Position numbers and translations under genes: made by a program
Shown: positions 47,922-57,578 of the stretch, piece after piece
Layout: each line of letters begins with the position of its first letter
Numbering within the stretch: the first letter of the stretch is position 1
NCBI GenBank assembly: GCA_014728035.1
Contig: WJMJ01000128.1
Span: forward strand, 16,139-80,138
Reading direction: 5' to 3'
Length of the DNA: 64,000 nt
DNA from: Promethearchaeota archaeon
GTDB lineage: Archaea > Asgardarchaeota > Thorarchaeia > Thorarchaeales > Thorarchaeaceae
The notes under the pieces: model-generated
The model's input: only the letters and a program-made list of their open reading frames with translations
What the model was told of the DNA's origin: nothing
Databases searched by the model: none

Positions 47922-49637
47922 ATGAAACCAAGTATCTTTCGAGTCTATCAGGAGTTCATTTGGAAAGAAGAGCATAAAGAATTAGCAGAAAAGCTCTATG
48001 ATGATCCTATCAGAAAAATGGGAAGCCTAGTATCAAGAGGAAAAACTATCCTCACAAAGTACAAAGAAACAAAATGGTTTACTCAAGAGAGAGTTGAGGG
48101 TATTCAGCATGTTTTGACAGAGATAAACAAAGAGATAGGATGTCTCACCCCAAAAGTGAGTGATTCGATAACGAATCTCCATCAAGGAGCAGTCGAATCT
48201 GCACATCAAACAGTAGTCATGGGTGGACCGGGATACATATTGAACAAAGCTGCTTCTGCAGTATCAATTTCAACCTATTGTGGTGATAACGGATTCCCTG
48301 TCACTCCATATTTCTGTGTTGCTGACTATGATGTAGTACAATCCGAGTTGACTAACATTAGAACACCGAATATGGGTCAGAGTGGAAATCTGGTAAGCAT
48401 CCCAGTTCCAGAAGGATACGAGAACTCTCCTGTAAGTCATCTTCCATTACCTGGATTCGAGTGGTATTCAAAGATAGAAGAATCAATTCGATCAAGCTAT
48501 CGTCCCTTCTTTAAGATGTTAGAAAGAACAGCTCATACACTCTTCGCTGAAAGACTTGAGAACTGTTTAACAGTAACACGGGATGCATTTGTGAACTCAA
48601 CTACACTGGGAGAATGGGCGACTAGAATACTAGGAAAATTGTTCAATATCATTGGAGATTTGGGAATACCTCTAGTTCCAGCTGGAGATGTCAGGCTTCG
48701 AAAATACATTTGTGAAGGACTAGAATACCTACTTCAAACAAAGAATCGTGAGATATTCTTGAAAGCCCACGATGAAGCTACAAGATTGATTACTAACAAC
48801 GGATATGCTTCTGGCGCAGGACCAAGAGGGCGTGATTACGTTCCATTTCTCTACGAGTGTCCTAATTCAGGATGTAACAGAAGCAGGACTGAACTCAATT
48901 ATCAAGATGTTGGAAACAAAGCAATTCTTGAAGGTAAATGTATTGAATGTGGAGAGCAGATTCAGATTGAAGTCGATAAAGATTCACCAGATCTATCAGA
49001 ATATGCGCCCTATCTTTCGTTGCGTGTCGATTCTAGACAACTTGCGATAGATACAATCATACCTACAATAGCCCATGTAGGGGGGCCTGGAGAAACAGCA
49101 TATTATGCACAAGTAATTCCAGCTGCTAAGATGATGAACGAGCCATTTCCATTATTTATGAGATATCCCAGAACATATTTCAACACACCTTGGACTGAAA
49201 CGTTAGGCAAGGAACTGAAACAAAAAGAGATTCCTGTTCTTCACGAGGGGAAGCTCTTCAAGCTTAGCGGGAAGGTCAACAAGTTCAGAAGGAAAGAACA
49301 GTTCGAGAAAATGAATGAAGCGATCTTTGAATTTAATGCATTCATTCATCAAGTTCATTCACAACTCAACGATACGCATGAGCAAAAAGTACAAGAAATT
49401 GAACAAGCATCCGGTGAGAAGTATGACAAATTGCAGATGCTCAAGTTAGATATAGAAAAATATCTCAGTTGGACATTTGGACAATACGCACCAAAAAAGC
49501 TTGGTCAAGAGTCAACATGGTCATGGATAGAGTGGGCATTGAATTCAGGATTCACTGATCTCTTTGGAGCTTATCATAGGGCACACTCAGAAGGATTGAA
49601 GAATGGCGCAACGCTCTTTGTGAATTTCATGGTATGA
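47922..49637 (+). CDS. bshC: Bacillithiol biosynthesis cysteine-adding enzyme BshC-like
   Basis: SAHQ..MGGPGYILNK, VADYD, PTIAHVGGPGETAYYAQ...PR; 571 aa; helical C-terminus; follows bshA. Confidence 0.82.
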   Translation: MKPSIFRVYQEFIWKEEHKELAEKLYDDPIRKMGSLVSRGKTILTKYKETKWFTQERVEGIQHVLTEINKEIGCLTPKVSDSITNLHQGAVESAHQTVVMGGPGYILNKAASAVSISTYCGDNGFPVTPYFCVADYDVVQSELTNIRTPNMGQSGNLVSIPVPEGYENSPVSHLPLPGFEWYSKIEESIRSSYRPFFKMLERTAHTLFAERLENCLTVTRDAFVNSTTLGEWATRILGKLFNIIGDLGIPLVPAGDVRLRKYICEGLEYLLQTKNREIFLKAHDEATRLITNNGYASGAGPRGRDYVPFLYECPNSGCNRSRTELNYQDVGNKAILEGKCIECGEQIQIEVDKDSPDLSEYAPYLSLRVDSRQLAIDTIIPTIAHVGGPGETAYYAQVIPAAKMMNEPFPLFMRYPRTYFNTPWTETLGKELKQKEIPVLHEGKLFKLSGKVNKFRRKEQFEKMNEAIFEFNAFIHQVHSQLNDTHEQKVQEIEQASGEKYDKLQMLKLDIEKYLSWTFGQYAPKKLGQESTWSWIEWALNSGFTDLFGAYHRAHSEGLKNGATLFVNFMV

Positions 49638-49639
49638 AC

Positions 49640-49661
49640 GGTATCGGAAAAAACCGATACC
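49640..49661. terminator. Hairpin between convergent bshC and aminotransferase
   Basis: GGTATCGG-AAAAAA-CCGATACC. Confidence 0.55.
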
Positions 49662-49674
49662 ACTCAATACCAGT

Positions 49675-50946
49675 CTATTCAAGTTCTTTTGTAAGAAGTT
49701 CTCCCAATCTATGAATTCCCTCGGAAATAATCTCAGGCGTTGCATAGGAGAATCCAATTCGCATCGTATTGCTCTCTGGTTTGCTATCAATTAGGTCGTT
49801 GCCATTATCTGACAAAGTATACCCAGAAATTGGATAGAAGGGGCCTCCAGGAACATAGAGCAAATCATTAGGAATCGCAACTTCTTGCATGAAACGACTA
49901 CTATCAAAGTCCTTATTCTCACTTTCCCACCAGATAAAGAATCCTCCAGTAGGATCTGTACGAGTCCCTGCAGGGAAGGACTCATCAATTGCTACAGCCA
50001 TTGCCTCGTATCTCTTTCGATACAATGGAATCGCTTTTGCCATCGCTTCATCAATGTATTTGCTATAATATTCATCAAGAATACGTTGGACTAACGTGGA
50101 TGTACAAAGATCAAGATAGCCCTTATCTTTCAAAACCTGTTCACGGACTGATACGGGAAGAACCGAATACCCAACTCGCAGTACTGCAGCTTCTTTACTT
50201 GTTGTCCCAAGATATGCTACTCGCAAATTATCTTTGTCAAGAGTCTTAATTGGAGGGGGATTCTTTTTGAACTGGATTTCAGCATAAGCCGAGTCTTCCA
50301 GAAGTAGCATATTATGACTCTCACAGATATCAAATAGTGCTTGACGCCGACTCATTGGGAGGGTAGTGCCCTTTGGATTGTCTGAGTCTGGAACCACATA
50401 GAGAATATCGGGAGTTTTTCCAAATTTTATTTTTGAAACACGAACCGCCTTTTCAACATATTCGGGAATGATGCCTTCCAAGTCTGTAGGAACCGTGATA
50501 ATGCGAGCACCAAGTTTCACCGCAGGTACTAAGAACCCAAGATATGCTGGAGAAGGTGTGATAATCACATCTCCGGGGTCTATCATTGTATCAAGAAGTG
50601 CATAGAGCGCTTGTTGAGACCCATTTGTTATGGAAACATTTTGCCATTCATCAGTACAGTCAATAGGAATACCTCGAACATCACAAAGCCGTTTTGCTAA
50701 GGTTTTGAGAAACCAAGGTTGACCCCCGGTTGGGCCATAATTAAGATCCTCAAGTGCCAATTTTGGATCTTTAGCATATACCTCACTCAGATCTGCAAGA
50801 ATCTTTGAGAAGATATTAGTAGGCATGATGCCCGGTTTTCCACCTGCAAAGTAATATTTGACATTATACTTCAAAAGGGCTCGAATCTGTGATTCTTCAA
50901 TAAAAGAAGTCCATGTCGCAAAGCCATAAGAACCGTTTTTAGCCAT
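49675..50946 (-). CDS. PLP-dependent aminotransferase class I/II (LysN/ARO8-like)
   Basis: YGPTGG, TNGSQQAL, NPKG, EDSAY, GTTSK...LRVGY, MRIGFS. Confidence 0.92.
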   Translation of the reverse strand: MAKNGSYGFATWTSFIEESQIRALLKYNVKYYFAGGKPGIMPTNIFSKILADLSEVYAKDPKLALEDLNYGPTGGQPWFLKTLAKRLCDVRGIPIDCTDEWQNVSITNGSQQALYALLDTMIDPGDVIITPSPAYLGFLVPAVKLGARIITVPTDLEGIIPEYVEKAVRVSKIKFGKTPDILYVVPDSDNPKGTTLPMSRRQALFDICESHNMLLLEDSAYAEIQFKKNPPPIKTLDKDNLRVAYLGTTSKEAAVLRVGYSVLPVSVREQVLKDKGYLDLCTSTLVQRILDEYYSKYIDEAMAKAIPLYRKRYEAMAVAIDESFPAGTRTDPTGGFFIWWESENKDFDSSRFMQEVAIPNDLLYVPGGPFYPISGYTLSDNGNDLIDSKPESNTMRIGFSYATPEIISEGIHRLGELLTKELE

Positions 50947-51128
50947 CTAGAACTCGCTCCAAGAGATCGTGTGGGAAATACTATCTCTATGGATGTACTT
51001 TTCAGTACATGCCGTGTATGAAACATACGAAGCAGAGATATATCCTTTTCTAAGTTAACACGGTTCTGATAGTTCGATTTTGCTACCTGATGTACAGTTA
51101 TGAGTAGTTGCAGAAAGCAGCTTCTTGT

Positions 51129-51926
51129 CTATTTTGTTTGACTAGCTATTTCTTGAGCAATCTTTGCTGGGTCATCAGCGTTACAAATTGACCTTGCTAC
51201 TATAACATAAGATGCTCCTGCAGCAATTGCAGCTTTGGCGTTACCTCCTTGAGCTCCAACACCAGGACAGATTATTGGTACGGAGTCGCCAACTATCTTT
51301 TTGACTTCAGTGATTTTCTCTGGATATGTTGCACCAACAATGATACCATCAGTATCCCAAAGTTTAGCCTTTTTCGCGAATGTGATGTACAATGGTTCAT
51401 GTTGCTTCATTTTATCATCTGTAGCAATCTGGAGCCCATATCCTTCATGAGCTGCTGGATGGGACATATATCCAAGTGTTATCACACCCTTATCGCGGCT
51501 CTTGGCCAGTTTGAACACCGAGTCGAGACCTCCCTCCATCCCAACTAGAGGATTTGTGATAAGAGCATCAAATCCAGCATCAAAATAGTATCGTGCAATG
51601 TGATGGTTTGTTGATCCAACATCATTGATTTTGCAATCCATTATTGCAGTCAATCCCAAATCATGAATTGTATCAATCAAACGAGGAACACCATCAAATA
51701 CACCGATTGGTAGAACCAATTGACGATTAAACTTGTATGCAACTGCATAATCAGCTGTAGCTTCGATTATTCGCATAGCTTCTTTTTCGATGCGTTCTTT
51801 TTCATGGGATATACCATCAGCACTTTTTCCAGCCATTTCTGCAGGAATATCCAGGCCAACAATCAACCTAGTCTTTCTGACAAATGTAGCTGCATTTAAT
51901 TTTCTTTTATAGGTCACTTCCTGCAA
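51129..51926 (-). CDS. pyrF: Orotidine 5'-phosphate decarboxylase
   Basis: LIVGLD, DCKINDVGST (DxKxxD), VGAT, PGVGAQGG, VARSI. Confidence 0.93.
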   Translation of the reverse strand: MQEVTYKRKLNAATFVRKTRLIVGLDIPAEMAGKSADGISHEKERIEKEAMRIIEATADYAVAYKFNRQLVLPIGVFDGVPRLIDTIHDLGLTAIMDCKINDVGSTNHHIARYYFDAGFDALITNPLVGMEGGLDSVFKLAKSRDKGVITLGYMSHPAAHEGYGLQIATDDKMKQHEPLYITFAKKAKLWDTDGIIVGATYPEKITEVKKIVGDSVPIICPGVGAQGGNAKAAIAAGASYVIVARSICNADDPAKIAQEIASQTK

Positions 51927-51980
51927 TCCTCATTCCGTATTATGCAGCACATACTTATTAGCAATTTGGACACGAAATGA

Positions 51981-53036
51981 TTGGGTGGAAGTGTGAGCCC
52001 AGACTGGTTAATGACCCGATTGGTAGTTGTAATAGTGGCAATTCTTGGCCCTGTGTACTTTTTCCTTTTTGTATGGTTATTACCATTTCAAATAACCTTA
52101 TTCCAAGATCCCATCCAGGATTGGTGGTTTCATTACATCATAGTTCCAGCTGTTTTTAGTGCACCATGGTTGGGAATTATCCACAATAACCGGTATCGGT
52201 TATCAAACACAATTCATCTGATGCAGGAAACCACAGATACCGTACCCCTCAGATGGAGAGTGTTCTATGGAAGCAATGCAGCTTTCGTACTGATGTTCTT
52301 CATTCTTCCAGTGGTGACTGCCCCATTAGCAATTGTTGGCGGATTGGTTGTTGCAGGAAGAGTCTTCTATCAGGTCGGACTGGGAAAATTAGGAGGAGGT
52401 AGGGTTGCAGCACTATTTGCAGTACTTGTTGCAATTGCACTGTGTATTCTTCCCACCATCATCATGCTTCAGTTCATTCCAAGTTATATTGCAGTATGGG
52501 ATACTATCCTGCAGGCATGGAGTGACTTTTGGTTCAAGGTTGTGTACGGTATAGCTCAATGCCTTGTAAACGCTTTGAGTTTCGGTAGTCCCTTTTACTT
52601 CATATTTCATGCTGCTCAACAGTATGACAAAGGGCTCTATGGACAGGTTTACACTCAAACACCAACCACAAAGATTAGAATTGGCGAGATGATTCTCTTT
52701 GTGATCTTCACTGCATTGTACCTTCCCCCAATCCCTACACCATTTGGTGCGATTCCTTTTGCTGATAGGTCGGATTTGTTTACCAATTTCATTAATTGGA
52801 TATCACTATCTATCGTGGCTGTTATGGTTCTAGTAAAATGGAGAGTAGGAGAATCCGATAACAGCACATTTGGTGGTACTTCAAATATTCTGATTATTGG
52901 AATGTTTTTAGTTGTCGAGCTCTTTTTCAAAACAAGTCTACTAATCGTAACACTAGTAATCTGGTTAGCATTTCTGATTTTCGCACTTGTCACAGCAGCG
53001 AATTTTGCACGTGCTTCATCAAGGGAGTTATACTGA
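51981..53036 (+). CDS. Polytopic membrane protein, unknown function
   Basis: About 9-10 hydrophobic segments; coupled to the NUDIX gene (TGATG). Confidence 0.8.
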   Translation: MGGSVSPDWLMTRLVVVIVAILGPVYFFLFVWLLPFQITLFQDPIQDWWFHYIIVPAVFSAPWLGIIHNNRYRLSNTIHLMQETTDTVPLRWRVFYGSNAAFVLMFFILPVVTAPLAIVGGLVVAGRVFYQVGLGKLGGGRVAALFAVLVAIALCILPTIIMLQFIPSYIAVWDTILQAWSDFWFKVVYGIAQCLVNALSFGSPFYFIFHAAQQYDKGLYGQVYTQTPTTKIRIGEMILFVIFTALYLPPIPTPFGAIPFADRSDLFTNFINWISLSIVAVMVLVKWRVGESDNSTFGGTSNILIIGMFLVVELFFKTSLLIVTLVIWLAFLIFALVTAANFARASSRELY

Positions 53037-53476
53037 TGTATAGGAATCCAAGTCCCACAGTTGATACCATCATACTCGACAAAGATAGAGTAGTCCTAGT
53101 AAAAAGAAAAAACGAACCTTACAAAGGAATGTGGGTCTTGCCTGGTGGTTTCGTGGATTATGGTGAAACTGTGGAAGAAGCTGCGGTACGAGAAGTTATG
53201 GAAGAAACCGGATTAGAAATCAAACTGAAAGCAATTCTCGGGGTTTACAGTGATCCAGCAAGAGACCCACGGAAACACATCCAAAGTACTGTCTTCATAG
53301 CCCAGTATATATCTGGAACTCCAATAGGAGGAGATGATGCTGCAGAGGCGAAATGGTTCACATTAGAAGAGTTGAACAAAGTTTCACTCGCTTTTGACCA
53401 CAATCAGATCATCAAGGATTTTATAGACTGGATGAATGAAAGAGAAACCTACTGGTCCAAAAAGGACCGCACGTAG
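53036..53476 (+). CDS. NUDIX hydrolase (ADP-ribose pyrophosphatase-like)
   Basis: Nudix box GGFVDYGETVEEAAVREVMEETGL; RDPR; LAFDH. Confidence 0.93.
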   Translation: MYRNPSPTVDTIILDKDRVVLVKRKNEPYKGMWVLPGGFVDYGETVEEAAVREVMEETGLEIKLKAILGVYSDPARDPRKHIQSTVFIAQYISGTPIGGDDAAEAKWFTLEELNKVSLAFDHNQIIKDFIDWMNERETYWSKKDRT

Positions 53477-53481
53477 GTTTT

Positions 53482-53850
53482 TCAGATATCAAGAATTTCT
53501 AGTTTCTCAGCTAGACGAATCACAGGTAGATGGACAGTCTGTGGATCAGGTTCAATCGTTTCAACAAACCGTACCTTTTCTTTATCACGAGGTTGATATG
53601 CTAAGAAATTGCCATCAGGTCCACTATCATGCTCGATATAAATCCAGAGTGGTAGGCCCATATACTCATAATATCCGTGGTTAGAAATTAATGTTCCAAA
53701 GATGTGTTTCCCATCATATTCAAAATACATAACACTCGCAGGACGGTCTCGTTGGGACCAAGAAACTAACATTCTAGCCAAGTCCTTCAGAGATGCGATA
53801 CGAAGATTGACAGGAGGTCTGATTTCGTCTTTGCTCATAATCGTCACCAA
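53482..53850 (-). CDS. Conserved archaeal hypothetical protein
   Basis: I.SLKDLAR...GYYEYMGLP...PVIRL pattern recalled from TACK-type conserved hypotheticals. Confidence 0.72.
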   Translation of the reverse strand: MVTIMSKDEIRPPVNLRIASLKDLARMLVSWSQRDRPASVMYFEYDGKHIFGTLISNHGYYEYMGLPLWIYIEHDSGPDGNFLAYQPRDKEKVRFVETIEPDPQTVHLPVIRLAEKLEILDI

Positions 53851-53911
53851 TGACCCAATGCAGATTTATAACCTTATAAGCGCATGGACTACACTGAAAG
53901 TATATCCAAAT

Positions 53912-56131
53912 CTATCTCATGGCCACTCTGAATTGGTCAGAGAGTATGGAAACACTTCGGATATTTGTACCGCTGAATACCACAGGTATACAAACTCTTT
54001 CTTTGCTTACTCCCGCTGAGAAAGCAACTCGAATCTCATCCTTTCTGAAGAGAACGAATGTGAAATCATCTTCGTGTCGTAAAGAATCGATATGTAATCC
54101 TTTGTTAAATAGAACAGTAGCAATCTGTTCAATCAAATCCCAAGGATCTACATCTTCAGCTTCAATTAGTACAGTTTCACGTTCAACGGATTCAGTAGGA
54201 AATAGAAATTCATGTGAAGCTCTAGAATAGAGTACCTTTCTAGTCATAGCTTTTGAAAGGAGTGATGTCTGCAGATTCCCGAAACGTCGTACTGCAATAT
54301 CTGATACATCAATGACAGGCTCACTATCATCAGGAAACTCTTCAATTATTGGCTCATCAACAATTGATTTCTCAAGTTCAACAACTTCTCTTGGTGATGT
54401 TTCTTCCGTTATTGAGAACTGTTGCTGTTTTTGTTCAAAGAGCTTGGTAACATAATCCTGAATCCAGCTATCTAAAACCTCCCAATCTTCTCTACTTAGC
54501 TTAACAGGTGGACGAGGGACATCAGGTAAATCGGGCAAGTCCTCATCAATGTATTCAGGTATATCTTCAGCGGGTTCTTCAATTTCTTCATCATCTGAAG
54601 CGGCATCTTCAATATCATGTATTGGCACCTCGTCATCAAAATCATCATGAGGTGTTAGCTTTGCTGCTTCGAACAATCCTGAAAGCCGATCAGTGCCTCC
54701 ATGTTGAGACATTCTTGGTCGTATCTTTAGAATGAAGCCTCGTTTATTCTCGGTTGTCTGATCAAACAGTAATGCAACACCACGTGGCAAGCTACTAATG
54801 AACACTTTATCTTTAAACTGCTCAGGCATGACTGCTGGGGCCCGTTGTTGGAGCGCTCTGATATCATTATCATGTGATAACGAATGAGAGAGAATAATAT
54901 CAGATTGGGATATTGCATCATCAGCAACTGCTGATGGCTGCTGTGTACACAACACAAGACTGCATCCAAATCTCCGACCAAGTTTAGCATAGCTGATGAT
55001 TGCATCTTTTGCAGGAGTGTCTCCCGTTCTGGGAACGAGAGTATGAGCTTCATCTACAATTAGCCAAGTTGGAGGGAGTTCCTCACGAGCACTGGTGCCA
55101 TCATCAGTCCAAGTCATTCGATAAGTTAGGACTTGCCTACAGAGCATATTTGTAAGAATCGCAAGTACCGATTCCGCGTCCGAACCAAGAGGAGCGACAT
55201 CAATTACCGTAATCTGACCACCGATAGCTAAATCTTGAGCGCTAGTTCCACCAGGATGGAAAACACCTAGTCGGTCAGCCCTACGAAGACGCTGAATCAT
55301 CGCGGTCTGTGTGGAAGCCTTGTAAAGCTCTTGAATTGAAGGATCTCGTTCAATGACACGAATCATATCTTTGATACTAAAATCACGAACAGCTGACTGT
55401 TTTTCTCCATCTTCCAGCGTATACCCATGTCGAAGGCTATCAATGATGTCTCCAATGAGGTTCTCCATTGTGGTACTCAGCTGACCACCTTTCTCTAAGA
55501 CATATCCCCAATCCGAATCAGATAATTCTCTGGGGCTGATAGCTAACGGGAACAAGCGAGCTTTTTTCTTAACTTCATCTGGCAATCCAGCATATGTACG
55601 ACGGGGGATATAGACAGAAACGGGGAATCCTTTAGCTTCAAAACCCCATTTCTTCAGCAGGTCAATCTGGCCTACATTTTCTTCAACCATCTGACGAAAT
55701 ACATCAACTGTATCAATAATGACTCCAGCAACTTCGATATGAGACCGTTCCATCGCTAGAGCTAGTTCTTCAGCGATTATGCCGAGTGTGTATGATTTAC
55801 CGGAACCTCTTTTACCAGCTACAAACATAACATGAGGACTAACTAGGTCTAAGAGAACTGGAGTGCCTAGAAGAGAGGTGAGAACGTCATCGCTGGCCTC
55901 TGATACCGCTCCAAGCATACCTAAACCAACTGGACCGTACTTTTTGTGGAAAGAGTTTGATCTTCCGACTATCACACCAGTCCCTGGATCGACCAATACG
56001 TCTAGTTGCTCCTTTACTCTTGGATGATATTCAAGAGTTTCTTCGGAGATCAAGCGAACGGGATCATAGTCTTTCTCAGATTCAGTGTCATCTTGTTCAG
56101 AGATATCTTGCATATCTTGTTCTTCATCCAT
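53912..56131 (-). CDS. HerA/FtsK-like (DUF87) P-loop ATPase with acidic linker and C-terminal domain
   Basis: HVMFVAGKRGSGKS, IIDT, LIVDEAH, GRRFG, TQQPS. Confidence 0.87.
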   Translation of the reverse strand: MDEEQDMQDISEQDDTESEKDYDPVRLISEETLEYHPRVKEQLDVLVDPGTGVIVGRSNSFHKKYGPVGLGMLGAVSEASDDVLTSLLGTPVLLDLVSPHVMFVAGKRGSGKSYTLGIIAEELALAMERSHIEVAGVIIDTVDVFRQMVEENVGQIDLLKKWGFEAKGFPVSVYIPRRTYAGLPDEVKKKARLFPLAISPRELSDSDWGYVLEKGGQLSTTMENLIGDIIDSLRHGYTLEDGEKQSAVRDFSIKDMIRVIERDPSIQELYKASTQTAMIQRLRRADRLGVFHPGGTSAQDLAIGGQITVIDVAPLGSDAESVLAILTNMLCRQVLTYRMTWTDDGTSAREELPPTWLIVDEAHTLVPRTGDTPAKDAIISYAKLGRRFGCSLVLCTQQPSAVADDAISQSDIILSHSLSHDNDIRALQQRAPAVMPEQFKDKVFISSLPRGVALLFDQTTENKRGFILKIRPRMSQHGGTDRLSGLFEAAKLTPHDDFDDEVPIHDIEDAASDDEEIEEPAEDIPEYIDEDLPDLPDVPRPPVKLSREDWEVLDSWIQDYVTKLFEQKQQQFSITEETSPREVVELEKSIVDEPIIEEFPDDSEPVIDVSDIAVRRFGNLQTSLLSKAMTRKVLYSRASHEFLFPTESVERETVLIEAEDVDPWDLIEQIATVLFNKGLHIDSLRHEDDFTFVLFRKDEIRVAFSAGVSKERVCIPVVFSGTNIRSVSILSDQFRVAMR

Positions 56132-56235
56132 AGAGGTTCCCTCTTAATCAAGACAGGTTCGGAAACGGATAAAGTTTTGCAGGCACGCGCCGCTACTCAG
56201 CAACACTCAAAACCAATAGCCGTGGAAGTAGACTC

Positions 56236-57021
56236 ATGCCAGACAGAATTGAAGACGGTTCTTATGTCTATATTTTTCTCGACCATCGAAGAAACTGGAT
56301 TAAACAGGTCAGGGCAGGAAAGAAGTTTCATACGAACAAAGGAATCATCGATTACGACGACATCATAGGAAGGCCATTTGGACTCAAAGTCGAGAGCCAT
56401 TCAGGTAAGACCTTTCAAATCCACAGGCCGAGTCAAACAGACATTCAGATAGCTATGGGGCGAAATACGCAGATTATCTATCCTAAAGATGCAGGAACAA
56501 TTCTAATTGAAGCTGATATTCATTCCGGATGCCGAGTAGTTGAATCAGGTACAGGCTCAGGAGCACTCACCAGTATTCTGGCAAATGCGGTGGGAGAAAA
56601 TGGACACGTTTACACTTACGAAATTCGAGAGGACTGGCATAATGGTGCAAAAAAGAATCTCTCAAAATACGCAGACATGGATAGAATAACTATGCATCAT
56701 CAGGATATTCTAGAGGGAATTCAGGAAACAAATCTCGATGCAGTAGTATTGGATCTTGCCACACCTTGGTTACTTGTCGATGAGATTCATCGCGTGCTGA
56801 AACCAAGTCGATACATAGCAAGCTATAGTCCAACAATTGAACAAGTCATGAAAACCTGTAAAGCCATGGGAGAAAGTGGAAAATGGGGAATGATAAAAAC
56901 TCTTGAAGTTCTTCAGCGTGAGATTATGGTTCGAGAAAATAAGACCAGACCAACAACATGGATGGTTGGACATACAGGATACATGACTTTTGGTCGCACA
57001 CTAGCAGAAAGTGAAGAATGA
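56236..57021 (+). CDS. trmI: tRNA (adenine-N1)-methyltransferase
   Basis: TQIIYPKD, ESGTGSGAL, LDLATPW, YSPTIEQ, GHTGY. Confidence 0.95.
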   Translation: MPDRIEDGSYVYIFLDHRRNWIKQVRAGKKFHTNKGIIDYDDIIGRPFGLKVESHSGKTFQIHRPSQTDIQIAMGRNTQIIYPKDAGTILIEADIHSGCRVVESGTGSGALTSILANAVGENGHVYTYEIREDWHNGAKKNLSKYADMDRITMHHQDILEGIQETNLDAVVLDLATPWLLVDEIHRVLKPSRYIASYSPTIEQVMKTCKAMGESGKWGMIKTLEVLQREIMVRENKTRPTTWMVGHTGYMTFGRTLAESEE

Positions 57022-57053
57022 TGGGACTGTTCTTCAATTAATCATTTCAACTA

Positions 57054-57146
57054 AAAACTTATAACCATTTGAAGCTACAGTAACTTGTTGACGGTTGTCG
57101 ATTGTTGTCGATTATTGTTGACGACATTGACCGTTTTCAACAAGTT
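57054..57146 (+). promoter_or_regulatory. Archaeal promoter (BRE/TATA) followed by four 10-bp-phased TTGTYGA direct repeats
   Basis: AAAAAC-TTATAA (TATA 57059-64); TTGTTGA 57085, TTGTCGA 57095, TTGTCGA 57105, TTGTTGA 57115; inverted copy TCAACAAGTT 57137-46. Confidence 0.65.
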
Positions 57147-57189
57147 GTGCGGGACCATAAGTCACAAAATACGATTAGAGGTACGAATA

Positions 57190-57561
57190 ATGGGTTATCA
57201 TCATAAGCGGGAAACCTGTGCTAAAGGCACCAAAGAGGTTCTTGAGAATATCTTGAAATCTCGAAAGTCTGAATACGAGATTCTAGGTTCAACAGAAGCA
57301 ATCCAGGTTGGAAGCCCAATTGAAGAAATAGTAGAGGAAGAAGCAGTAACAAATATTCTTCCCGGTGAAACAGAAGATATCATTGAAGAATCGGACCAAG
57401 TAGATGTAGAATCCACTGAAGAATTAAACGAGCTAGATTCACTCGTTGAATACAAAGCCATGATACCAGTAGATCTGCCTACCAAGGATGCTAAAGACGA
57501 ATACGAGAAGAAGCAGAAGAAAAGAAATTACATCGAGTTTCGATTTGATTATGCTCGATAA
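57190..57561 (+). CDS. Acidic, probably disordered hypothetical protein
   Basis: SD GAGGT before ATG 57190; Glu-rich centre with basic ends. Confidence 0.65.
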   Translation: MGYHHKRETCAKGTKEVLENILKSRKSEYEILGSTEAIQVGSPIEEIVEEEAVTNILPGETEDIIEESDQVDVESTEELNELDSLVEYKAMIPVDLPTKDAKDEYEKKQKKRNYIEFRFDYAR

Positions 57562-57578
57562 TTAGAGAGGGGACAAGA

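Noticed and set aside
57085-57121. CRISPR array
   Set aside because: Units are 10 bp with no spacers; no cas genes in the window.
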